64,000 bases of DNA from Camelus dromedarius (lineage: Eukaryota): assembly GCF_036321535.1 (NCBI RefSeq), contig NC_087472.1:93064001-93128000 (forward strand), read 5' to 3'. Positions 27,101-39,589 of the stretch are shown piece after piece; within the stretch, counting starts at the first letter, position 1; each line of letters starts with the position of its first letter. A model generated the notes under the pieces. It saw only the letters and a list, made by a program, of their open reading frames with translations. It ran no database searches and was not told where the DNA came from. Position numbers and translations under genes: made by a program.

Positions 27101-27743
27101 ATGACTAAAACTCAATAAAAAAAATTAAAAAAATTAAAATTAAATAAACATAGCACTCAACTTAGCCTTAAAAAAAAAAGAAGAAGAAGAAATAGATCAT
27201 TTGAACAGACTAATCACTAGAAGAGAAATAGAATCAGCAATAAAAAACCTCCCTACAAACAAAAGTCCAGGACCAGATGGCTTCACTGGGGAATACAAAG
27301 AAGAGCTCATACCAGTCCTTCTCAAACACTTCCAAAATATTGAAGAGGGAATACTCCCAAACTCATTCTATGAAGCCACCATCACCCTGATACCGAAGCC
27401 AGACAAAGACACTACCAAAAAAGAATTCTATAGGTCAGTATCATTGATGAACATGGATGCAAAATTCCTCAACAAAGTATTAGCAAATAGAATCCAACAG
27501 CACATAAAAAAGATTATACATCATGATTAAGTGGGGTTCATCCCAGGGACACAAGGGTGGCTCAACATACGCAAATCAATCAATGTAATACATCACATCA
27601 ACAAGAGAAAGGAAAAAAAACACATGATCATCTCAATAGATGCGGAAAAAGCATTTGATAAAATTCAGCACGTATTTACGATAAAAACTCTAACCAAAGT
27701 GGGTATACAGGGAACATATCTCAACATAATAAAAGCTATTTAT
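24152..27743 (-). mobile_element. LINE-1 of about 3.6 kb with 5' inversion (minus 24251-26466; plus 26467-27749), putative 3' transduction (24152-24250) and a nested younger L1
   Basis: ORF2 RT peptides on plus ([28 protein letters not shown]) and C-terminal peptides on minus ([11 protein letters not shown]...[10 protein letters not shown]), with frameshifts and stops. Degenerate TSD GACAAAT(G)TARTTTT at 24137-24151 and 27744-27757. Confidence 0.9.
26777..27183 (+). mobile_element. Nested 5'-truncated young L1 3' UTR with short 3' transduction
   Basis: Perfect 16-bp TSD AAGAAGAAATAGATCA at 26761-26776 and 27184-27199. Same subfamily as 2826-3317. Confidence 0.95.
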
Positions 27744-27757
27744 GACAAATTAGTTTT

Positions 27758-28600
27758 AATGAGCTGGTCAGATGAGTGATAAGAAAGTGAAGGCATCAAA
27801 AATCACAGTGCATTTGAAAAATTTTTATGTGAAGAAGAGCAGAGGAAAAGGGTGTTGATTGAGGAGGGCATAAGAGAAGGAATTCTTCCTTTTATAAGTA
27901 GGGAGATACCAAAGTGTTTTTTACATTGGTGGGATTGAACTTGAGAGGGTAGAAAGTCTGCCACTCAGTTCTGAAATGGAAGTGATGGCTTTTGATGCGA
28001 GCAGAGGTACTGTTGCCTTGTAAAAAGAGTAAAGATCTTGAGATGTTGATCAGTGCAGAGGATGAAAAAGAAACCGTCCTATTGCTTCTCTTTTACTCAT
28101 GAAGAAAGAGGCAACCTCAGCAGCTGAGAATGAGCTGGGATGTGAGAGTAGGAGATTTGAAGAGAGAGAAGGAGTAGTAAACTGGCCATTTTGGAAAGTG
28201 AGAAAATAAACTACCTAGGGAAATATATTAGGCTTCAGTATACTAGACTTTCTTGGATTACTGTTATAAATTTAAAATGGGGATGGTCAGCAAAGTTATG
28301 TAGATTTTATTTTCCCCAGAAATTTTCAAGCTGCTTGGGTGAAAATAGTTGAAAGTTTGAGACCAATTGGCCAAGTGAGAGTAATTAAGAAAGTGAGAGA
28401 GTGCAATTGAGTTGGTAGCATTTTTAAAGGAAGCAATTGCAATAATGAACCATAGGAACCATGCTGGGTAAGGAGAAATGTTTGGATGGGATTTGTCCTT
28501 CCTTTTATTCTTTTTGAAGTAGTAATTATATTTTGTCCTGTTGAGTGTACAGAAAAGGCCATGTTAAGATTTAGAATAAAATACTTTCTCATTTCTTGGA
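27758..28600 (-). mobile_element. LINE-2 continuation
   Basis: Purine-rich L2-like text resumes where the L2 was interrupted at 24137-24151. Right boundary uncertain. Confidence 0.55.
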
Positions 28601-28829
28601 ATAGGGTTGCTGAGGGAGAAGCCAGCACTAGATTGTGTCTGTGGTTCATAGGAATAAGAGATCGATTATCTCCTCTGGGAAGAGCTGATGACTCCAGATA
28701 TAAGGAATTCTAAGGAAGAATACACCTGGAGGTGGCTGATCAAATAGTGAATGTCAGAATTGCTCCAGTTTGTCATGATCACATGATGTGTAATTTTTTT
28801 CCTTTTTTTTTCCTGAGCTCTCTTTCTGC

Positions 28830-29396
28830 TGTAGGGGAGGAAAAACATATTTTTCCTCTATTCATCTTAGGTTCATTGGCTGGAGTCCTGAAAATTAGAC
28901 TGAAAAAAGATTAACACAAAGAGAAGCAAACAGAAGTTTCTAATGCATGTATTACATGTGCACATGGGAATACTTAGTGATGTGTAACTCGAAGGAGTGG
29001 TTAGAACTTGAGCTTCTTTACCATCTTATCAAAGAAAAATAACTTTGTAGAGGATTGACAAGACAGAGAAAAAGGACTTTGAGCTTCTGAGGGTGGCAAA
29101 TTGTGGAAAGGCAAATATATGGGAAAATAATGCTAGATAAGGACTAGTTTTAGCGAGATTTGTTATGTGCATTCCTTTGATGTCATCTCTGGGCTGATAA
29201 AGTTCTGCAGTTGTCCCTGGTAATTAACTTCTCTACTTCCTGGTAGAGAAGGGAGAAAGGACATCTGTACAAATTTATGTCCTGCTTTCAGGCAAATAGG
29301 AGGAGAGCAGAGAGCTTTTCTTATATCTGCTTTTAATCAATTGTCTTTGTCTCAAAATGTGGCATATTTGAGGGAGGCATAATCTACTACCTTTCA
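28830..29396 (-). mobile_element. ERV1-class solo LTR
   Basis: TG...CA termini. Minus strand starts TGAAAGGTAGTAGATTATGCCTCCCTCAAATATGCCACATTTTG, resembling MER4-group LTR starts. TSD is degenerate. Confidence 0.75.
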
Positions 29397-30129
29397 TCAC
29401 CATGTTTCCATAAAATGTAATCCTTGCCAATAATAAGTTCAAGAGACATATCGGTGCTTACGGATAGGAAAGAAAAAATAGGGCCCCAAATGACCCAAGA
29501 TATACTGAGCTATGAATTTTTATAGCATTGAAGTAAGTTTTGAGCATATTGATTATTGAAATTCTGGCAGTTTGTCAAAGAAAAGAAGCTAATTTTTACT
29601 TTAAAATTTGTTAGATATCTATTTTATTCCAAAATATATCATGGTCTTAGATATTTTCATCTCTAAAATCATTACAGTGCTTCCTTTTTTTGTGTGTTTT
29701 GCTGTAAATACTATGTGAAAATTTCACATAGCTTTATCAGTGAGTGAGGATATGACAAGATCTCACCATTAAACCTGTAATACTGCTGTTTCTTCCCCCT
29801 ACCAATGAGATATTGAGCTCAATTATCTCCCATGTGTCTAGGAGCTTTTCTCCCCAGAACCAATGGAACTATGATAATCAAATAAATGGATAAATATGAA
29901 AAAAACAGTCATATCAATGTTTACGGTCTTTTAAGAGTTTCACTGCACAGTGAACAAGTGAGAATTATAAACCAAAAAGCACTAGTAGTCTATAATAACG
30001 GTGTCTGGATTGGGTTTCTTAGCAGCATTGTAGAACAAACAAGTGAGAATTGGTTTTTTCAGGGACAAATTGTAACTGTGAAGTATGACTTAATAGTAGT
30101 AACTATAGCCCATTAAAATGCATCTCCTA

Positions 30130-30717
30130 TTCTTCTCACTTGAACCTTGCAACAATTGTGGAACTAAGTTGAGCATGTATCATTATCCTTAGTGAGACTG
30201 AAGCCCAAACATATCAAGTAGATTGGTCAGAATCTAACCATCCAGTGTGTACAAAATAAGAGGAAGAGGAAGACAAGTAACAATGGTGGAGATTCTCTTG
30301 AGCACAACACTGGTATTTCTGAGGTTGATCTGTTCCAGCTGCAGGTGAACACTCTACGATGCTATGAACAACACTATAAATTGCATACCAGATCACGCTT
30401 CATTGATGCCCAGTTAGCAGAAACTGTCAGTTGACACTTCAGGAACGTAGCTGTGAATGAAAAAAAAGACCTTTGCCTGTGTCATCTATGTGGTGAAGAG
30501 TAGCAAGAGTAGACTGGACCAAAAGTTGGAGGGTTGCAATCAACTTGAGTAAGGATAAAGCATGTTTTAAAGGAATGAAGTATAATGCTTAGTCAACAGG
30601 TGACGTCTGCTACAGTTAAGCCTAAAAAGACTGTTAAAAGTTTTCCAAGTAGATTGGAGAACTAAGACTTCAACACAGTGATTTGTTTAACAATCTGTGT
30701 TCCTTCCACTATGCTGC
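30130..30717 (-). mobile_element. MIR remnant hosting the SAP30L retrocopy
   Basis: MIR-like halves on both sides of the insert (CTCACTTGAACCTTGCAACAA...ACTGAAGCCCA; GAACTAAGACTTCAAC...CCTTCCACTATGCTGC). Confidence 0.55.
30227..30645 (+). pseudogene. SAP30L: Processed pseudogene fragment of SAP30L (Sin3A-associated protein 30-like), C-terminal half plus start of 3' UTR
   Basis: Manual translation from 30240 gives [74 protein letters not shown], then a frameshift, TFACVIYVVKSSKSRLDQKL, a second frameshift, and EGCNQLE* (TAA 30550-30552). This matches recalled SAP30L ([103 protein letters not shown]). Intronless, premature TGA at 30432-30434, 12-bp TSD CAAGTAGATTGG at 30215-30226 and 30646-30657. 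Confidence 0.95.
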
Positions 30718-31364
30718 TGACAGTATTGAGCTTTCCTTGATCCCTGTGCTCCTGGAAAACAGTGACGCTTAAATTCCTCTCTTTTGTGTTCTGGGAAAGA
30801 GCTTACTACACAGAGCCACCCTTCTCCATAAGACTTAGATAAGACTCGCAGATGCCCCTCTTGTTAACCTATGGCAAGACCAGCCACAGACCCTCCAATT
30901 TCTCATTCTTTATCTCATAAATGATTAGCTGAACTGTTTGTCCCCACTGACGAATGGACAAATGATTACTAACTTGACATGAACAGACTTTAGTTAGCCT
31001 TCTCTCCTCCTCACAGGCTCCTGAACTTTGGGCCATACTTGCGCTTAAGCAAGCATTGAATGCGTGACCCAGTCCTCTTAGTGGTCCCTCCCAGAGAATC
31101 AGCTGACCTCAAGGAAAACATTTCCTGCTTAACTGCCCCATCATTCTATCTGCTTATCCCACATCCCCAAACTTAGTTCTTTTTAGACTTGTTTCCTCAT
31201 ACCTGTAAAAGAAAAGCCATGTGCCTGACCTTTGAGATGCTTAGAGATCATTTGGTCAGTATTTTCCCTATTGTAAGTTCCCCTCCTCCTACTGCAACAA
31301 TCTTTTTTTTTTTTTTCAAATAAGTCTCTCCTTACATAAATCCAGATTTGCTTTTTATTTGACA
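30718..31364 (+). mobile_element. ERV1-class solo LTR (MER34/MER39-like)
   Basis: TGACAG...TTTGACA termini. The 5' end resembles the LTRs at 38096 and 43558 (CCCTGTGCTCCTGGAAAACAGTGA; TTAGATAAGAC). Confidence 0.8.
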
Positions 31365-32419
31365 TCACACTGGCTCTCTGTTCTTAACTCAATGACTTAT
31401 AAATAACAACATTTATGATCACACCTCTCCTTCCCCTATATCCACATTTTTGCACCATTCCTTGAAGAGAGGAATATAGTAAAAGAAAGAATCAGAATAA
31501 ACATGAAGAAGGATATTCTGTGCATCACTGAAGGACAGGACACAGATATATCTAATAAAAATTTTTTTTTCTCAAAAAACCTAGTACACATTTTAGTACT
31601 ATGTTAGGGCCAAATTCATATATCAATATTGGACACTATGGAGTTACCTTGACTCTATCTCACTCAGACACTGACATCTCAGACTAGCCTTTAATTTGCT
31701 TTTAGCCTAAACATTAACCTAACCTAATCTTACTTAAGTAAACTTGAATCTCTTGATGCAAGTTTATTGTTTTTTTAAAATGTGTTTCTCTGTTTTTCTC
31801 TTTATGTGACATCTAGGAGACTCAAGGTTTGACCTTCATTATTTGGTTAAATGAAATACTATTTGGGAAACCTGACAATAAATTGAGGAATAAGTTCCTT
31901 TCTAAAGAAATAATCACTCCTTAGCATGTTTGTATATGAGCAATATGATGCCTGCAGAGCTACTTGTAAGTCCATAGAAAAACTTGTGATAAGATCTGAA
32001 GCATAAAAAAAAATTATCCAAGACTCTCCAGAGTGTAAATCCTTGTTAATAATTATTTTAAGTTCTGAAAGTTGTGTTAATAGATTTTAATTTTAAAACG
32101 ACTTCACATTTCTCTTCAGAAGTAGGCCTGGATACATTTATTTGGCCAAAGTTCTGTGAAATAACTTGTACTGAAAACCCCTAGGACTTTTATAAAATAT
32201 TTTCCCAGGCCACTCCACAAAGTAGAGAACTGTCATTGTAAAGAATATAGTTTAAATAATTTTTTCTTAAATATTAAAAAGTATGATTAATCATCTTTCT
32301 TTGCAAACTTTAAAGTTATTATTTATTCATAAAAGTCACCATTTTGGTGATGCATTATGTGATGCTATGTTATATACACTAAAATAATGTTTTTTTTCAA
32401 AACTTCAGATTGGTGGCAG

Positions 32420-33210
32420 TATTTTTTAAATTGTGATAAAGTACACATAATATAAATGTTACCATCTTAACCATGTTTAAGTGTACAGTTTAGTAGTGTT
32501 AAGTATATTTGCACTGTCATGCAACCAATCTCCAGAACCACTTCATCTTGCAAAACTTAAACTCTATACCCATTAAACAACAGCTCCCCATTTCCTCCTC
32601 TCCCCTAGTCCCTGACAACTACCATTCTACTTTCTTTTTCTGTGAGTTTGACTACAGGCAAACTCAGAGATATACAGGCATCGGATATATTGTGTGTTTG
32701 ATTCCAGACCACGGCAATAAAGCAAGTATCGCAATAAAGCAAGTGACACAATTTTTTCAGTCTTCCAGTGCATATAAAAGTTTTCTTTACACTCTACTGT
32801 AGTCTACTGAGTGTTCAATAGCATTACATCCAAACCAATGTACATACCTTAATTAAAAATAATACTTAATTGCTGAAAAATGCTAACCATCATTTGAAAA
32901 TGCAGGGTTGCCACAAACCTTCAATTTGTAAAACATGCAATATTGTTGAAGCGCAATAAAATTAGGTATGCCTGTATTCTAGATAACTCACGTAAGTGGA
33001 ATCATACAATATTTGTCTTTTTGTGACGGGCTTATTTCATTTAGCATAGTGTCCTCAAGGTTCATCCATGTTGTATCCTGTTTCCTTTCATTTTAAAGAT
33101 GAGTAACACTCCATTGTATGTATAGAGCATGTTTTGTTTATCTGTTCATCTGATGGACATTGAGTTGCTTTCTACTTTTGGCTATTGTGAATAATGCTGC
33201 TGTGCAGATG
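32420..33210 (-). mobile_element. LINE-1 3' end (L1MB-like) with nested Tigger1 derivative
   Basis: TTACCATCTTAACCATGTTTAAGTGTACAGTT...AAGTGGAATCATACAATATTTGTC...GGCTATTGTGAATAATGCTGCT. Confidence 0.85.
32655..32974. mobile_element. Internally deleted Tigger1 element
   Basis: TA-CAGGCA...GGTATGCCTG-TA termini. Tigger1 text TTCCAGACCACGGCAATAAAGC and GCAGGGTTGCCACAAACCTTCAATTTGTAAAA. Confidence 0.9.
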
Positions 33211-33421
33211 GTAGTAATTTCAACCAGAGGTGGTACATACCACAAGAGCAATTGGAAATAATGTGGGAGGTTTTTGGATGTCACAGTGACTTGGGTGCTA
33301 CTGGCATTTTGTGTTCAACTGGCAAAGATGCTAAATATCATGCAATATTTAGAACACAGATGATTCATATTAAAGAACTGTCCTGCTCAAAATACCAATA
33401 GCACCCCCATTGAGAAATTCT
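33211..33421. mobile_element. hAT-Charlie MITE (MER20-like)
   Basis: GGGTGCTACTGGCAT...GATGCTAAA...CAAAATACCAATAGCACCCCCATTGAGAAA. Confidence 0.65.
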
Positions 33422-34603
33422 AAATAAGTAAAGTAATTGTTAACATATTGGGCTCAATTCTCCCGCAGAATTCAGTGAATTTTAAAGCCAGTGTGCAGCT
33501 GGCCTTCACTTAGGGTGCATAATAAGGTCCTTACCTATATACCTAAATCTAAGCCTCTACTCCTTGTGGAGGAAACCTCTACAGCACACAGCTCTAGGTC
33601 TAGGCTTGAATGCATCTGAGTCTATATGATTTCAGTTATAATGGTAGCATATAATGTGTGAGGAAGAGGGAAGCCATTAGAATACTTCCTGACTGGGAAA
33701 AAAAAATTCTGTTCTATCCCTACACATAAGCACTGAAGCATCGGACATGCACGGGATCTGAAATAATATAAAAACATTAAAGGAAACCATGGTACTGGAG
33801 TATGGAAATGGGAAGCTGTGTATCTGTGTTCTTCATATGCCACTGTAGTTTGATGTAGTATTTTAAAAAATAATTTATCAGCAGAAACATTTTGTCAAAT
33901 AAGAACTTTTCTTAGGTGTGGCTTTTGTAATATCCTTAGCTGTCTTTAAATTCATAAACAAAATAGTTTCATTTTACCTGTTTCTAAAACTATAAAAATG
34001 AAATCATGTTGAATGTACTCTTAATGTCATGCTTCTTTCGTTCAAAATTATTTTCATAGTATTAACCCTTTTTTAAAGATTTGTCAAGGGATTTTCATAA
34101 TCTCTGGAAACAGTTCTCCTTTTTATGATAGGTTTAATAAGTAACATAGGGGATTAGAGGCCAGTATTGAACATATAATTCTTGCTTTTCATTCTGACTC
34201 CAGTAAGTGGAGCATGATATATAAATCCAATAAGAAAATTATCAAAAGCAAATAGGATCAGGAAATTACTGTAGGAAAAATATTTTCATAGAAAACTATA
34301 TGTACATTTAGGTTATTCGGTTCTAGCCTTGTTCCTTATATTTGAGCCATTTTGCAACCTTTTAGGCTGTAGATAACTGATACACATGTAAGTTTTATCC
34401 TCTCTGATACAGATTTAATTAACATCCCCTTCCCCACCACACTTATACATACCCTCAGCCCTCTACTCCTAGAAAAACTAGCTTGCCTCCACTTGTAATT
34501 CATATAAAGTTGTGCTTTTTTGACTTTCCTTTTGAGCTAGTTATAACATCTGCCTGATTCCTTCATATAAGTGAGATGAAATCTTCACCTCATGATCATT
34601 TTT

Positions 34604-35685
34604 TGTACATATATATATTTTATTGAAGTATAGTCACTTTACAATGTTGTGTCAATTTCTGGTGTACAGCATGATGCTTCAGTCATACATGAACACATGT
34701 ATTCGTTTTCATATTCTTTTCACCATAAGTTGTTTTAAGATATTGAATATAGTTCCCTGTGCTATACAGTATGAACTTGTTTATTTTATATATATATTAG
34801 TATCTACAAATCTCGAGCTCCCAATTTATCCTTTCCCACCCCCTTCCCCCTGCCTGGTAACCATAAATTTGTTTTCTATGTCTGTGAGTCTGTTTCTGTT
34901 TTGTAAATAAGTTCATTTGTCTTTTTTTTTAGATATATATAAATGATATCATATGGTATTTTTCTTTCTCTTTCTGACTTATTTCACTTAGAATGACAAT
35001 CTCCAGGTCCATCCATATTGCTGCAAATGGTATTATTTTATTCTTTTTTATAGCTGAATAGTATTCCATTGTATAAATATACCAAAGCTTCTTTATCCAG
35101 TGATCTGTCGATGGACATTTAGGTTGTTTCCATATTTTGGCTATTGTAAATAGTGCTGCTATGAACACTGGAGTGCATGTATCTTTTTGAATTAAGGTTC
35201 CCTCTATGCCCAGGAATGGGATTGTTGGATTATATGGTAAGTCTATTTTTAGTCTTTTGAGGAATCCCCATACTGTTTTCCATACAGGCTACACCAAACT
35301 ACATTCCCACCAACAGTGTAAGAGGCTTCCCTTTTCTCCACACCTTCTCCAGCATCTATTGTTTGTGGACTTTTTAATAAGGACCATTCTGACTGGTGTG
35401 AGGTGATAACTCATTGTAGTTTTGATTTTCATTTCTTTGATAATTAGCAATATTGAGCATTTTTTCATGTGCCTATTGGCCATTTGTATGTCTTCACTGG
35501 AGAATTGCTTCTTTAGATCTTCTGCCCATTTTTAGATTGGGTTGTTTATTTTTTTCTTATTAAGTTTTATCAACTGTTTATATATGCTGGAAATTAAGCC
35601 TTTGTCAGTCTCATCTTTTGCAGATATTTTCTCCCATTCTGTAGGTTGTCATTTTGTTTTGCTTATGGTTTCCATTGCTGTGCAG
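34604..35685 (-). mobile_element. 5'-truncated LINE-1 (same subfamily as 24251-26466)
   Basis: ORF2 C-terminus MFIAALFTIAKIWKQPKCPS. TSD TGATCATTTTT at 34593-34603 and 35686-35696. Confidence 0.95.
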
Positions 35686-38427
35686 TGATCATTTTTATAT
35701 CTGTATGAGAGTTGCAATTTTACCTTTTACTGAACACTGTCTTTTAACATCAAACAAACAAAAAGCATCAACTTTAACATTATGAGTAGGGGATAATTTT
35801 ATATAGCACTCTCACCTTTGACAAAACTCAAGAAAATCCTCATCCTTGTCTAAGGACTGCTACTTTTTAGGGAAAATAATACGTTCCTAAGGAGCAGAGA
35901 TTTAGCAACTTGTTCAAATCTTATGCTTTGTTGAGCTATATCTTCCATTCAGTTAGAATCAATGAAACACTGCTAACAATCACTTTCTTGAATTGTTGGA
36001 AGCTAATGGACTTTTCTCACCAAAGCTACAACTTAACCAATTAGTGTAGATAAAATACTACCCTATAACTTCTTGGTAAGATCCTCTTTCATTATCATAA
36101 ACCAGAATTGTCTCACAATACTACTGAATAAATTTAATGACATATTAGGAAAGGTGTTCCATGACACATTTTAATAGTCTTCATATACAAACTTATGATA
36201 TCTAATGACAGGGGAAAAAACCTCACATATAACTCCAACATTTCAATATGACAAAAAGATTGAAATTCTTAGCCCATTGACCTTAGAAAGACTCAGCATG
36301 TTGTCCTGAAGTCGCTTCAGTGAAGGAAGGCTTTACAAAGTTGTTAATTAATCTAGGGCTGGCACCCTTTGGGAAGAATACCAGAAAATTGGAACAAAAA
36401 AGAGGTGCAGCTTACCTCACAGCAGGAAAGAAGGGACCTTTTAATTGGATTAAATCACATCACCACAAAATTTATGGATCCTGGCCACTACGTCAAAGAG
36501 GTGAGAAAATTTTAAATTAACTCATTAGACTGGTTGGGAGGGGTAAAGCTCACCATTCACTCAGAAATTTCAGCGGCAAAGTTTATTAATTAAAGGCACA
36601 AATAGATGTTATGAAAAAGAAAAGTTCTGGGAGTTTGTGACATACCCCAAGCTGTCCATAATGTCCTGAAATCACATGTTTAGGTTGGCTAGAATCTCTA
36701 AGAACATTTTTAGGGAAAATTTTCTCATAGAAGTAAAAACAAATAAAATACCAATCCATTGTGTATTTTCTTCCTAAAAGACAGATTTTAATATGGGTAC
36801 AAAATATGTATTGTACATATGCATTAAAAAAAGAATATCCACTTGAGTCTTACATTTCATTCATTACTAAAAATGTTGAAAAGATTTTTGACAAAAAAAA
36901 TTGTTGCTTTACTATAAATCTTTATAATCATCTGAAACTTATAAACATACACTTATATTTAAGATAATGTAGTATTATAAACTCCTAATTCATCTATCCA
37001 GAGAACATCTTGGGAAAACTTAAAATTATAAATTGTTATTAAGCTTATTTTTATGCAGTCAAATGAATCACAAATTGAATTAATTAATTCATGTAGAGTC
37101 AATTGGAAGACTCATAACTGAATTAAACAGAGTTTTACAAAATTACTATTTGAAGAGATGGAAAATAATTTAAGAGTTTTGATTATGGATATCCTTATTT
37201 CTTTAAGGACTGACAGTTTATGTTTTGGATTTCCTTGACCCTCTAGTTCCTTATTTTTCATCATCCTTCCTTATTCTCCCATATAAAGAAAATTTGTCAA
37301 GTATATCATTTAAAAATAACATTAATTCAGCTAATTTTAATGATACATATATAGGTAGAAAACATGTGGGCCCTCCAGCATTTTTCTTTTCCTGGACTGA
37401 ATGGTGTCTTATAATTAGGAACCAGAATACATTGCAAATTTTGAAAAGACTGAGACTTCCTCTTAGGGTAGAATTTCATCTTAGGTCAGCTATAAAGTCC
37501 ATGGAGTGGGCAAAAATGCTCTCTTTTTGTATAGTAGGCAAATTATAAAGTAATTAGCTGAAAAGGTATTTGCTAGTAGCTTAGCACAATATTAGTATTA
37601 TTCAAGGAGGAAGAAACTATATTAGCTATTATATATATCTGACCTGCTAACTTATATTTTAAGTTTCTGTATAATGATTCCTTACTAGGAAACAGTAACC
37701 TTGGTTTTCCTTTGTCATATAACCAAAACAGGAGTTTTCTAGCATTGTATCTACGTATATGAATGAAAGTGTGGTTTCTATTAGCAAGAAAGTAACCTAC
37801 AAGCCAATTTATAGAATTAAAAATCTGAAAATTGGTCAAAGTTGATTAGAATTTGTAATTAAAGAAACGAGAAGAAACTGAAGAGTTTAGCCCATAGGTA
37901 ACTTAGCTAATAGTATTTATTCAACTCATACCATGTACCTGACATGATATTAAGTGATTTGTGGTCTTATAGTACATAGCACTTCCCACCTGATGGAGTA
38001 ACATATGAACATTCAATGATAGTTACAAATCAAATTACAAGCCAAAAGTAATCTGTATTTATATAATTTAATTTTAATAGGCTGCAGATTTAATGTGACA
38101 ATGCTGAACTTAACCTTGTGTTCCCCAAAAGCAGGGATGGTTTAGTAATCTCCGCACCTTTTTGTTTTCTAATAAACCTTTAAAGACCAATCTGCACTTA
38201 AATATCTGAGTTAAGATTTACTCCCACTCTTCTTCAATGACTCACATGAGACCCATCTCCACCCTTTTTCATGGCTCCCATAAGACCTACTGATGACTTT
38301 CTTGTTTACCTGCCTACAGGTTTCCTTCTTTTTCTTTTTGTGCTTCATTAATGAATTTTCTCCCTATTGCAAATGCCTGAATAAAATAATCTCCTTAATT
38401 TCCCAGTTCATTTCATCTTTCAAAGTT

Positions 38428-38445
38428 TGGTAACATGACTCAGAT
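38428..38445 (+). other. Primer-binding site, tRNA-His-like
   Basis: TGGTAACATGACTCAGAT versus the His PBS TGGTGCCGTGACTCGGAT: 14 of 18 identical, two differences being CpG transitions. It starts 3 nt after the 5' LTR. Confidence 0.7.
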
Positions 38446-38603
38446 GGAATTGGACTTTGCCTTCAGATCCCCATTTATTCCACTCAAATATAAAAATTTC
38501 TTAGAGTCCTTTGTAATCTGTTCCTGACTGGCAATCTGAGACTCACGGATGACTCTGATTCCTATTTCTGTGATTCACACTTTTGTCCATCTTAAGGATT
38601 TGA

Positions 38604-38638
38604 TTTTGTTTTTGTTTTTGTTTTTGTTTTTGTTTTTG
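38604..38638. repeat. (TTTTTG)n tandem repeat
   Basis: About six units, seen directly. Confidence 0.9.
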
Positions 38639-39426
38639 AGTACTGGTTTGATTTCTGGTACCAGCTTCTTTTGGTTTCATGGTCTGACCATTTGATGATC
38701 TGTGTAAATGAATTACTGATTTATAGAGATCTTGTCTCTGTTGGGTGAAAGATAGACAGGAATCTGGTTTCTTAGTCTGTTCAGTTTGTCTGTTTGACTT
38801 TTTTGAATCCAAATCAACGAAGAATTTCATGCCTACCAGGAAGTGGATACCTAGACTGGCAGGGTTTATGTTTCTGTGTTTATGCTTGATCTTTGGCTGA
38901 AATCTTAGATGTGAAGCTATATGCTTTCTCTTTGTCTGTCTATATGTTTGTATGTTTACAATTCATATAATTTACTCCTCATTGTGTGAATGTGTAGTGT
39001 ATTCCTACCTCCAGGTAGTATTAATAGTGAAAAAATAAATACATAAACAAACAAACAAATAAAACTATAAAATCTCTTAAATTAAAGCTCTATTCTGATT
39101 GGCTTATAAAGATTAAAAAAACACATATTTAAATATAATATTTTTTAAATTCTCAGAATATAAGGTGATTTAATTTCCACAACTTTCAGTGTGCTTGATT
39201 TAAAAAGTATCCTTACAGAAATCAACTCAGAAATGTGTTAAGAACTCAGATTTACATAATTTAGATAAATCTTTGGCAAATGAGACTAGCTTTACATTTT
39301 TAGTTTCATACAAGTTGTATCTTCTCTGATTAATTGGTGTTAAGTATAACGTACATGGTTTTCTAATTGGTGTGATCTTTCTAAAATTATACAGTTACTG
39401 ATTGAATAAGCTAGCATTACTACTTC

Positions 39427-39589
39427 CTTTTTAATTGAAGTATAGTTGATTTACAATACTGTGTTCATTCCAGGTGTACAATAAAGTGATTCAGTTTTTT
39501 CGGACTATATTCCATTATAGGTTATTACAAGATAGTGAATGTAATTCCCTGTGCTATACAGAAAATCCTTGTTGCTTATCTATTTTGAG
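39427..39589 (-). mobile_element. Short L1 3' end nested in the ERV
   Basis: TTAATTGAAGTATAGTTGATTTACAA terminus. TSD AAGCTAGCATTAC(TAC)TTC at 39408-39426 and 39590-39605. Confidence 0.9.

Noticed and set aside
17302..27779. Long ORFs such as 17302-17856, 25362-25952 and 27201-27779 as genes or an active reverse transcriptase system
   Set aside because: They are fragments of LINE-1 ORF2 in truncated, inverted and frameshifted copies. There is no ORF1, 5' UTR or intact RT.
29886..30116. 76-aa ATG-initiated ORF just upstream of the SAP30L retrocopy
   Set aside because: It ends before the TSD, is not fused to the SAP30L frame and resembles nothing I recognise.
28826..31368. Both LTRs (28830-29396 and 30718-31364) have CTGC on the left and TCAC on the right, suggesting a rearrangement
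   Set aside because: An inversion would give reverse-complemented inner flanks, which are not seen. Coincidence or CpG-decayed TSDs is more likely.
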